A stretch of 64,000 bases of DNA from Ostrea edulis (Eukaryota), in assembly GCF_947568905.1 (NCBI RefSeq), contig NC_079172.1, positions 25,048,001-25,112,000 on the forward strand. Direction: 5' to 3'. How positions within the stretch are numbered: the first letter of the stretch is position 1; every line of letters starts with the position of its first letter. Made by a program: the position numbers and the translations under genes. Below, one piece after another: positions 36,029 through 48,651 of this stretch. The notes below the pieces were generated by a model. That model did no database searches. It had not been told where the DNA came from and was given only the letters and a program-made list of their open reading frames with translations.

Positions 36029-39000
36029 TAATCTTTTAATTAAAGGTCAAAGGAGATGATTTTTAACTTTTTCTCTCTGTGATTATCAGCTTTGTTTTAT
36101 AAACTCCTCATAAAAATGCTATTTTTAAAAAATTGTAATGATATTAACTCAAAGATGTCAAAGTGCAAAGGTATACTCAGAATAGAAAATCGTTACTTGA
36201 TTATCGTTCCCGATTCCCTAATTTTGTAACGTCATAAGAGACCACAATCGGATTTGTGAATCAAAACAAAAGCAAGCCTATAGACAATTTATTTTGTAAC
36301 TGGAGGGAGGGGGGGGGGGGTTGGATGAGGAACCAGAGTTTGCTGTACAAGAATATCACTTTGAACCCATTCACCCATAATGCAAATGCCAGTCACATTG
36401 ATGATTTATCATCGGAGGATGAACAAGAAGATTGATCAAGATGCTATGCATCCAAATAATACTGACTGGTTAATCATAAATATATGATAATTTTCAGAGG
36501 GTACATTCTCTGGTGATAATAAAAAGAAATATAGATAGTTATTACCTACAATATTCCTAACCATAGGTATGCAGCAGCATTTTCCAAAGTGTGTGGGGGG
36601 GGGGGGGGATCAAGTAATTTTTTACATGAATTTGTCCAATCTTTAAAATCTTAAATCGTGGGGGAGGGGGGGGGGGGGGGGGGGGTTAAGGAGTATTTGT
36701 AATCTAATCCTGCCACATTTCTTCCCACAGCTTTAAGAAGTGCTCATCCCTTGCTTTACGGGTTCAATTCACATCTTTCAAGCTTACATTCATCTCCTTT
36801 AGTACTACTACCAAAACTATAGTGAAGTGCACCCAAAACATTGTCATACGCATATGAAAATGACAGAATCTGATAATGACTGTTGTCAAAAAAGGGGGCA
36901 TTGACATTTCATATATAGACCTCAAGAAGAATTCTTTCTTTTGGTACCAAGACTTTGACGTCTGACCTAGTGACCTTGACCTCTGACCTACTTTCAAAAA
37001 CTTTTACCTTGGCTATATCTTTTGAGCCAAAGGGGATAGGGATTGATACATGTATTTCACATAAAGATGCCTCATGAAGAGACCTTTCTTTTGTTTCCAA
37101 GACTTTTTTACTTTTTCTGTGGACTTTGACCTACTTCTCAAAAACTTTAACCTGGGATATATCTTTTGAACCAAGGGGAGTAGGGCTGCTATGATATTTT
37201 AATATATAGATGCCTCATAATGAGACCTTTGTGTTGTTACCAAGTTATTTGATACCTTGGCTATTAACCTTGGTTTTATCTTTTGATCCAGTGAAAAACT
37301 GTAACCTTGGCTATATTTTTTTAACCAAGGGATAACATAGGGATTTTATGTTTCATATTTAGATGACTCATGACCAAACCTTTCATATGGTATCAAAACT
37401 TTTGACCCAGTGACCTTGAACTTTGACTTACTTTTCATTTAATCTTTTGAACCAAAGGGGGTAGGTTTAAGTAGAGTCATGCTCTGTTCTTTTCTGACAA
37501 GTCTTGTTGTTTGTGTGTTCCAATGTATAATGCTAGATTTAGATCCAAATCAAAAGAAGTGACCTTCATATCTTTTCAGTCTTCAGTTTTCTGAGCCCAA
37601 GACAGTTGGTTTGATAGCTATAGCTGGCCGGCAGACTCAAGGACAAGGTAACAACATCTTAATTGATACATCCTCCAAACATACATGTGGATCATGCCTG
37701 TCTGTCCTTCCCATTTTAGTAGAAACACGTATTTAACACAGATGTTGCTGATGATTAGATAGTATTTCATGACCCTGAGCCAAAGTCAGTCAGTCAAGGT
37801 CATTGATTAAATGTTTTTGAAATCATTGTCTGAGCAATGACTTTGCAAAGGAGTAGAATTAGAATGTTCATACTTAGTATGAAGGTTGCTATATGGCCAT
37901 GCAGATGCCATGTCATGACCCTAAATCAAGGCCGTCTGGTTAAAACAAGTATAAAAATTTTGATAGGGGCAAAATGTTGCATCGAAAAGACATTAGGAGT
38001 TGATACTTGGCTCAAAGGTGTCTGCTTAAAGACAGACAGTGTCTTGACCTTGTACCATGAGAATTTGACCAAAATTGTGGCCACTGGTCTACAGTGTTAA
38101 ATGTGCCACAATTTGAATAAGCTCCATGTGGGGCTTTAGTCCCGTGAGGACAGCTGCTAGTGTGTGTAAATCAATGTGTTAGTTTGACATCTAGTTCTAG
38201 TTCTAGCATTGATTACATGGATATCAGACCAGTCATAGTATAGCCTAGTGGTTAAGATTCTTGCTTTGCAACCAAGAGGCCAGGCAGGGATTTTTTACCC
38301 CTTGAATCCAGGGGTCAGGGCCTTCAAGTTTGGAAAAAATAACGATATTTGATTGAAATTGGGGAATTTGTTTCATACAAATAAATAAGAAAACAAGCAA
38401 AAAGTAAACCATTTCATTTTTTATTATCAATGTGCCTGGCTTAAACAAGCTTTAATTTCTGGTCTTTGGCAGAGAAAAAATTGTCACAAATGTTTTGCAA
38501 CAGAGTGGCACTGAGGTTGGATGGCCCCTTATGGCATATATCTCATCAAAGCATCCGTCATTTGGGAATTTTTAGGAATCATTTTGGGAAAAACACCTGC
38601 TTTTCAGCACTGGGAATGGGGCCGAGTTTCGGCCCTCTAAAGACCCTAAAAAAATCTCTGCCAGCTAGGGTTCAATTCATGATCGTAGTGCCTTGTCAAA
38701 CCTGCGGCATTTAGCATAGAGAGTGATTCTTCTTTTGCCAAGCACCCAACATTAGAAGTGATGGTCATGGGTCTTTCAGATATGACCTTAAACATGGAGG
38801 TCCCGTGTCACGGTAGGGTTAGCATGATTAAAAACGGCGGCCCCGTGTCACAGTGGGTTGTCATGATTAAAAACGGAGGTCACACGTCACAGTAGGGTTG
38901 GCATAATTAAAAATGGAGATCCTGTGTCACAGTAGGGTTGGCATAATTAAAAATGGAGGTCTTGTGTCACAGTAGGGTTGTCATGATTAAAAACGGAGGT

Positions 39001-42000
39001 CCCGTGTCACAGTAAGGTTGTCATGATTAAAAACGGAGGTCTTGTGTCACAGTAGGGTTGTCATGATTAAAAACGAAGGTCCCATGTCACAGTAAGGTTG
39101 TCATGATTAAAAACGGAGGTCTTGTGTCACCGTAGGGTTGGCATGATAGATAACCCTCACTGCTATGGTCGTAAGTGCCATGCATCTAGGTCAAAATTTG
39201 TGGCCCTTCACGTGAAATCTGTGATGTTTCTACATGAGTGAAGAATTCATGAATGGGGCGTGAAACAACAAACAAAACAAAAAAAACAATCAGTCAAAAA
39301 TCCCAATCATCAGCATGTAATTTCAGTAAACTCATGCATTTAGAGTTTGGTTTCATTGATCAATTTCAGTTCGGTACAATTTAATTTCACTTGTAAAAAA
39401 CATTTGATTGGTTCATTTGACTTCATTTATGAACATTTCTGATATCGTATTTTAAAACGGGGTTGATGTTGGGTCACACCATGTGACATCACAGTACATT
39501 TAGCCCCTCTTTTGAATTTTCTTCTAATTAAATCAAATGCATTTAAAATATATAATTATCAGCAACATAAGTAATTTTTACTTCTTCTCTTTGATTAAAA
39601 GTAAGTTGGATAGGTGATGTCTTTTATAAACAATGGATAAATAGAAATTATTTTCATTCTTAATGAATATGGATTTTTGTTTTTGATTGTATCACTTTTA
39701 TAGAACTATTTTGTAGTCTGTAATCAAATTCAGAAAAGGTAAACCAATCAATTTTCAATATGATTGATCATTATTAGCCCATCACCATTCTGAAATTATG
39801 CCTCATTTACACACAGAGCTTAATGTGAATTAAACCCTATTTTCATTTACATGAAATTGCATTGCATTTATACAGACAACATTTTATAAATAGCATTAAA
39901 ACCTAGTAAATAAATTCACATAAAACTGTCTTGTGAAATTCCAACTAAATTTTTATACTTATATTGATTATACCGTTGTTGTACTGGTTAATGGACACAA
40001 TTTAAGCAGAAAATTTTCAAATTTTATTTTTTGATTTTTAAAGTTTAGAATGCTTAACTAAGGTATTACTAATGGTCAGCAAAAATTTGAATGTTAGTAG
40101 TCAATTAAGGTACATGGGAGACACAGAGGTCACAAGTCCTTGTTATGTAAACAAAGCTCGTGCCATGTTTTTGTATACATAGGTTAAATAAACTAGTAAA
40201 AGTTTTGTTTAAAGCAGATTATTTCAATCTATAAGTGAATTCTTAACACAATTAGATATTTTCTAGTGTTTGGCACATCTCATTTTGTTTTAAACACGCT
40301 ATTTTCTATTGTAGAGTCTAAGGTAAACAATAACATGGCACGATCCTTGTTTTCAAAGAATTGCAAGTGCTGTATCTCATTTATAACTCAACAACTGATA
40401 TTCAAATTTTGGTTGACCATCATAAATACTTTAGTGAAGCATTTTAAACAATAGAAATGGAAAAATAAAATTTGAAAATTTCAACTCAAATCGTGTCCAT
40501 GCCTCTTTTGGTGATGGAAACGGTGTGTGAAAATGATTTTACAAAACTGATGAAAGCATAGTCAATCTTTCTTCCATTAACCATCTATGTATATAATATT
40601 GTATGAATTCACATAGAATTTTGTCTATTTTATCACAAATTTGTATATGAAAAAAAATTATTTTCAAGCCCATAAGTTGGTGTTTTTGATAGATCTAAAG
40701 AACACCTTTTGTCTTATACCTGTTGACATTTATAACAGAATAATGTAATTTCCATGGCAGATTGATTTGATTTGCTTTAATCTACAACCCAAATACTCTT
40801 GCGATGTGAACACAATGTAATTCATTTCTCAGTAATTTAATTTGAATCAAATTAATCTGAAGTATTATTGGAATTAAATGCACATTCATATGAACAAAGC
40901 CCAAGTTAGCACTCAGTGTTCAAATGTAAGTGTTATAAGAAATTTGTATCTTAATTAATTAATTAATGTCTATAGTAAAGCCATCATTCCATTGATTATA
41001 GGTTTTTTACCCCAGGAAAGTTTTGCTGAATATGCTATAAAATTTGTTAAGCTATAGGTATGATGTAGCGAATCTCTCCTCCTGCTGCTTTCTGCGATGT
41101 ATTCTGCAGTCATTGTCACAAATTGACAGAAAAGAGTGTCCTATAGAAATTGGCGTAGTTGTCTCTAGCGTGAGAAGATGATCTTCAAACTGTGTGAACA
41201 CATGTCAGGCCACATGAAGAATATCAGGTTGAAGTGTGGCTGAATTGGAATTCAGTTGGACAACAAAGTTACCATAAAGAGACAGAATCACATGTTGTGT
41301 TAAAATGTAGAAATACGTCAAATTTTAATGTGCTTGCATGCTGTTGATCACGTTGACAGGGTCATATTTCTTTTAAAAATTGATAGATCTACCTTGAGAT
41401 GTGACTTTTAAATGATCTAAGTTAATCTCTCGTCGGTGGAAATCACAGCATGTCAAAATTTGTCTGGACATGGGAAATAAGAACCACAGTAATACACTCT
41501 AATATTGATTAAGTCAATATATACAGATTTTGTACAATCAAATTAATTTTTTTTTTACACAAATCTCTAAAAAATTTAAAATATGTAATTAAAACTTGAA
41601 GATAACAATCAATTATCAATATCATAAATCCCATAAAAAATACAAAATTAAGAGTAGCTAAGGGCAAACATGGACCCCACGGCAAACATGGACTCTAGGA
41701 CACACCAGAGATGCCTAGGAGGGGTAAGCATCCCCTGTAGATTTGTAGATTGGTCATACCTGCCTTGAGCCCTCTATTTTGATCAGGTAAACGGAGTAAT
41801 GTGTTGTCAAATTCTGTTTTTTAAGAATGGCCTAACAATTGGTATGAAACATGATCAAATGTGATTGATAGCTGTAATGTTTATGTTTTTAATTAATGTA
41901 TACAAGAAAGAGAAAAGAACTGTAAACCATAGCCATGTGTTTACCATAATGTATGGGAGACAATTAATGGAGTTTTTCTAAAATACAAGACACAACTATT

Positions 42001-45000
42001 AAATGAAGCAAGCTGATAACTTGATCAAATCTGTTGTCCATTACATTTTCTGTCCTCCCAAGATCAGTATGTTGGGTTGGATTGGATTTCTCAAAAAAAA
42101 TCTCATACTTAAGGAGGTACTCTACATCATCATAATGGCTGACTTCCTTCTAAACATGGATGAAAAAATCGATATCAGCAATATTTGACTTTTCCTTTTC
42201 AATTTAAATACCTAGCCGAGTAACTCAGTAGGTTAGAATACCGACTGCTAAACTGTAGGTCGCAGGTTCGAGTCCAGCAGGGGTTTTAAATTTTTTTCAG
42301 ATTACCTTCTACTAAAACTGTTTTTGGGTTTTTTGTTGTTGATAAAATAAAGTAAATTTGAAAATTTTCAACTTCAAAATATTGTTCTACATATCCTCCA
42401 CTTTTCATCTACATCAAATTTCTCTGGTGTAGCATACATCCTTAAGTTTGAGTTTTCTTTTATTTGAGCAGTCAATATTTGAGTAAAATCTCATACTTAA
42501 GTCTAAGTTTTAAGAAATTCAGGATAGGTGTTTGTCAACCTTTCAAATTTTCCTTACTTTTGAACTTCATTTTATTCATTGGCCTATTTTATACAAGGAG
42601 GACTGATTAAAGCATCCATGTCCGACAGGATTAACTGTTTGTTCAAAGGAAAGAGTGTAATGGTGACTTGCATCATTGTATTAATTAGATTAGTGAATCC
42701 TTATTTTCTGTGTTTAGGTAGGGGAGGGAACTCCTGGTTGAGCCCAGAAGGTTGTGCTATGTTTTCCATACATGTGCGGATTGAGGCAGACAACCCATTA
42801 GGGCAGGCTGTTTCATATCTCCAACATATCACATCGCTAGCTGTTGTAGAGAGTGTTCGAACCCTTCCTGGATATCAGGTAATTTTATAGATAAGTGCTA
42901 TTTTATCGCAGATATCTATTTCTCTTTACCTGTTACATGTAATAAAAGACATGTGATTGAAAAGCTTCATGTAATGGTGACTTTGCAGATCAGTATATGT
43001 ATTCTCCAATATTGACCAGAAAATGTGTCAGCTAGGGCCGTAATGCACCATCTATCCTTTAACAAGCTTTGAGCCAAATATGAAATTCTCTATCTCGCCA
43101 CTACAAAAATATGTAGCACAGACAAAAATAGTAGGATGAACAGACAGATGGACATTTTGATTCCTATATTTTCTCTAAACTAAATATGAAAAATTTATCT
43201 TGTAAAATTTCAATGGTACAGCCCCTGAAATGTTCTACTTTCTCACTCACACTCGCTATCCGAGTTTATCGTCTGTGTTCCCTTCGTCAGGGGTTCGACG
43301 TTGTCTGGCTGTCCTTATGCTAAGTCTCCAGTGATCACGATTGTGTCCATTTGCCACTGCTTACAGTCTTGCCTGATGGTTTCTTTCCATGTCTTCTTAG
43401 GGTGCCCGGCTTTCTTTTTGCTTTTCAGTCTTAGGTCTCTGCAAGTACTGATAGACCCCTTGCTTCTTTCAACATGCCCAAACCAGCGAAGATGGTTTGC
43501 CCTTGTTAGTACATCAAGTTTTGGGATGGCCAATTTCTCAAGATTTCTCACTTGAACAGTGAGTGAATACTGAATGGTGGGTGAATACTGAACACATAAA
43601 AAGCAAACAGCGAGTGAATGGTGGGTGAAAACTGAACACATGCAAAGCAAACAGCGAGTGAACGGTGGGTTAATACTGAACAAACACAAAGCGAACAGCG
43701 AGTGAACGGTGGGTGAATACTGAACACATGCAAAGCAAACAGCGAGTGAACGGTGGGTTAATACTGAACAAACACAAAGCGAACAGAGAGTGAACGGTGG
43801 GTGAATACTGAACACATGCAAAGTGAACAGCGAGTGAACGGTGGGTGAATACTGAACACATGCAAAGCGAACAGCGAGTGAATGATGGGTGAATACTGAA
43901 CAAATGCAAAGCGAACAGCGAATGAACGGTGGGTGAATGCTGAACACAACTTGGTGAACATTTATTGAATGGTGAGCGAATGCAGACAGCAAACATGAGC
44001 ATATTGTCTACAGTGATTGTTCAATGAATGCTAGATGAAGGATTTATTCTGAATATCTCAGGTGTTTTCCTCACATTGTACTTATTCCAAAATCAGATAA
44101 GAAAAAAAGATAGATACAAGGGCGAGTCAATAAGTAACCAGCCTAACTTATTTCCGGTTGAGATCCACCTATTCTTTTTTGATGTAATAGCCCTCTAGTG
44201 TGATGCACTTGGACCAACGGTGTTCAAGTGCCATCAGCCCAGAACTGAAAAAATCGGGGTCCTTTCCATTGACCCACTCTTCAACTGCCATCACAACTTC
44301 TTCGTCAGACCGGATATCCTTTTCCAAGTTTTGGAATAGGAAGAAGTCGCTAGGAGCTAGGTCAGGTGAATGGGCAGGATGTGGTATTAATTCATACCCA
44401 TCTTGCTCTAGTACAGCATCCATTGCAACTTTGCAAGTGTGGACTCTCGCGTTGTCCTGTTGCAGCAAAACACCTTTAGAGAGTTTACCTCGGCGTTTTT
44501 CATGGATGGCGGTTCTCAGCTCGCCAACATATACATGGTACTCAACGTTAGATGAAAAGCATGCCTTCGCATCACTAGCCATGTTTGACATTCCATATCT
44601 TATTAAAGAATGACTCAATACGTGTGCAATTTTGTACCCAGGTATAAAACTTGTATTGAAACAAGGCATAAAAATCATGATTGTCTCCGTCAATCGGAAA
44701 TAGGATAGGCTGGTTACATGTACTTATTGACTTGCCCTTGTAAATACCTTTACACTTTTATGCATTTTCTTAATATATTTATTGATATTGTTTTGTATCT
44801 GTCATACAGCTTTAGAGATTTATTTGAATGACTTGCTCAAGAACAGATGTATTGAATGCAATGACTTAAAATTTTGGGCCCAAGCTCTGAGAATTCTTCA
44901 GTTGTAGACTCAAAAATAAAAAGCAGAATAACACTCAGGGGAGTAAAATAATTATACATGTATTTACAGTCACTAAATCTTTTCTCTTATATTTCTTTTG

Positions 45001-48000
45001 AAATTGACATTGCTTTTATCTGGGACAATGAATGCATGTTTGTTGCAAATTATTCAATCCGGTTGTTTAGTACCACCTTTCTGCAAAATCATTACTATAT
45101 GGATCGTCGTCAAGGTCAAAGGGTGCATTGGCTGTTCCGTTTGAAGTGATGAATGGGTCAACAATATGATATTTCAGTATACTTAAATCTATAGTTTGTA
45201 TTTTTAAAAATTAGATAAAAATATAAATATAAGCAATAGAATGTCTTTCTTTGTTGTTTTATCAGGTGATGAAGGTAGCAATCTTTGCAGAAAAAAATTA
45301 ACATACATGTACATGTAACCCGCTTACGCGGGTTATATGCATTTTTTCTGCAATGCTAGCTACCTTCATCACCTGATAAAACATCAAAGAAAGCATTTTA
45401 TCGTTTAAATACATGTCAGATCAGATTGTTCAGCATGATATAATTACAAGTTCATTTTTTAAACAAAATCTCCTATAAAAATATTAAGTATACTTTGAAA
45501 ATTTATCACCAAAACCAACAATAGCACTTAGTACTGGATTATTCTCACCTAGCCAAAATTATTTTTTGAGTGTGAAATTCAATTTGTAAATTGATTACCT
45601 GAGTGTTTGTTTCCATCTCGGTGATGGTAGAGAATGAGACCAACAGAATCAAAAGTACATGTAGGTCAATAATGATTTTATAGAAGCTTGTATGTCTATT
45701 TCTTCTTTGTGGAAATAATTAACGGTGAACACTCCTTCCACTTTTATACACATGTTCCTTTCTCATTTTGTCATCATCATAAAAAGATGCATTCTTTACC
45801 TTTGAAATTCTTAATGACAAAGTAACAAAGACTGAATGATGAGTGAACACTTAATGAATGGTGAACGCAGTGAGCGAACAACGAGTGCCTTGTGAACAGT
45901 GAAAGTGAGTGGTTGGTGAATAGTGAACTTTAAACAGAGAGTGAACGCTGAACACACAGTGAAAGAACCAAAAAATGAGAAAGTTAAGAACATTTCAGGG
46001 ACTGTAAAGCAAAAAAAAAATACTTGATATGTTCACTGTGGACATCTGGATGCTATTCACCATATTACAGACCCTGAAACATACTGCTACATTATTTGAA
46101 CCACTCCGTTCCCGATAAGAACTGTTCTGTTCCCATATCAAACTGTACCGTTCAGCATTTTGTTCCCAGACCAAAGTGTTCTGTTCTCATCTAAAACTGT
46201 ACATTTCCTCAAACCGTTCTTTCCCACATGATCATTCGATCGGAACTTGCTCGTCAGTCTGTTATTGTAGGTCAACATGGCGCTTGTTCCAGATGGAAGA
46301 AGACTATCGCTCTTAATTATAGACACAATAGTTTTAAGTTGTACAAGGGAGGAGAGAGTTCATTTAGTGGGATTTGTTTTTTATTTCGATCGATTGGCGA
46401 TTTCGAAACAAACAAATGTCAGATTATAAGATCTACAATAAGTACGCATAACTCTTAGACTGATATTAATTTGACATGTTTCAAAATGGTGAAAATGTTG
46501 AAAAATTAAAATTGATTACATGTTAGAATTTCAACTGGTGTGGTGTCATCTTCAAAAGTAGGTATGAAGTAATTGAGACATTAAGAGTTGGTAGAATAAC
46601 GATGTGCACACTATATTGGCTTCCTTGATATCCCTCTTGAAATTTTGGCAGGTGTCTTCAAAGCCTTTTTAATGTATGTGTACCGAATGAGTACCATTAC
46701 GTGTACCGTCAATTAACATGAGACATGTATTTAAGTCTCCATGGTATTGAAACAATGCTGGCCGGCATTCCCCAATCAGGTTAAAACGCAAAATAAATCA
46801 TTTTTTTAATTGAAAATAATTATTGTCAACGATTTTCAAACTAGAATCCTTAATTATCATTTATAATTAAATTACATGTATTGACCTATTCATTTTGGAT
46901 ATATTTACTATGAATATGCATGTGATAAAAAATTCAAACAGTTTTTGTGCTTTATACACTGTAATGTACATTTGAATAGCTGTATGAACCCGTGATTAAA
47001 GGTTAAAAAAATACATGTAATACATATACAAACTGAATTTCTCTTTAAAATTACCTGCGCATGAAGTAATCGAAAATTTGAGTAAAGGGTGACAATGTTA
47101 CATTGTATAATATTGAAATCAGACCTATAGCCTGAAATGACGCGCTATTCGATTTTTATTTTTCAAAAGTGTGAAGTTGTTTTCTATTGATTGCATTACA
47201 TAAATGTAACTATATCTCCATGTGAAATTTAAGGCACATACATGTATAATGGGATACATTTCTCACAGTGCAACGTGAGTTATTTCTCCCTGAATACAGG
47301 GGGCACAATTGGAGGTCCTGAAGTGATTGCGTCATTATAAGGAATAGATAGAAATTACTATTTCTGCATGATTATAATGAAGTGCCAGTTAAGGAATTTT
47401 TGTAGAAATTAACTGTAATTACTGTCAAATGATACGGCTGTACAAAATCTTGGACATTTATTATATTTATGTGTCCCGGCTGGCCGGCCGTATGTTATTT
47501 TTTATAGTCCTTGGCATCTTTAGATCAGGTTAAGGATGTCTTTAGCATATGTCAGGAATTCTTCATTATTACTTCAATATTTTCGATGACCAAAAAACAC
47601 AATGATATGTCAGAAATTACGTGTGCAACCAACAGATGCAATTATTGATTTGTAATCCTTTCACACTGTAGACAAAAATATGTACATCAGATGTCAATGA
47701 ACGGAACATATTATTTATATTGAATCTGCATCTCTAATGTAATTTTTCTGTTGAAATCTGTTTTCTAACGTATATACGAGTCATTCAATCTTTTAAAAAT
47801 TGTGTTTGCATAAATCAACTTCACAAAAAGTATACACACACAAAATCATCAAGCACGTACGTAGCAAGAGAGAAAGGGGGCTGCCCTATTTCCAACTTTT
47901 TTTGTTATCATTACATGCTAAGTTGCATGGTTATTATTACAAGCAAAGTTTGATCTAAAGGTGCACCCCTTTTAGCTCACCTGAGCACAAGGCTCAAGTG

Positions 48001-48101
48001 AGCTTTTCTGATCAAAACTTTTCATTGTCTGTCTTTGCATGGCATTGGCGTTGTTGTCGTAAACTTTTCACATTAATTTTTCATCTTCTCTAGAACCTCT
48101 A

Positions 48102-48139
<38 letters not shown>

Positions 48140-48615
48140 CTGAAACGGATTCAAGCTTGTTTAAATGAAGGGCCATGCCCCTTTCAAAGGGGGGATAATC
48201 ATAAGAATACAAAAATTGGGTGGGTTCATTTAAAAAATCTTCTCAAGAACCACTGGGCCAGAAAAGCTGAAATTTACATGAAAGGTTTCTGACATATAGT
48301 GGAGATTCAAGTTTGTAAAAATCATGACCTCTGGGGTTAGGATGGGGCCACAATAGGGGATCAAAGTTTTACATGTGAATGTATAGGGAACCAAACTTGG
48401 CACAAAGCATCCTTAGATGAAATTTGTAAATATGAAAGGCCATACCCATCTACAAGAGCATTTATGATAATTAGTGAGTTTGTAGTCAAGTTTGATAATT
48501 AAATTTGATCATTGATGAATTTTTAGTCTTTACCTTTGAAAAGTTTTTTTCTGAATCAAGCTGTTTGTATAATAATAGTTTTGCACAAGCTTGTTTATGC
48601 TAGGAACTTCTGCTT

Positions 48616-48651
<36 letters not shown>

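Larger units (their letters stand above)
43219..46004. mobile_element. TA-flanked TIR element (~2.8 kb) hosting nested insertions
   Basis: ta|cagcccctgaaatgttctactttctca and tgagaaagttaagaacatttcagggactg|ta are ~29-bp inverted repeats. Confidence 0.6.

Noticed and set aside
42214-42285. tRNA gene (also 21520-21585 and 31240-31310)
   Set aside because: A and B boxes are present, but the acceptor stem does not pair and the anticodon stem is broken. The segment is embedded in a repeated MITE.
44169-44693. Active mariner transposase
   Set aside because: The element is only 624 bp. The DNA-binding domain and first catalytic Asp region are deleted.
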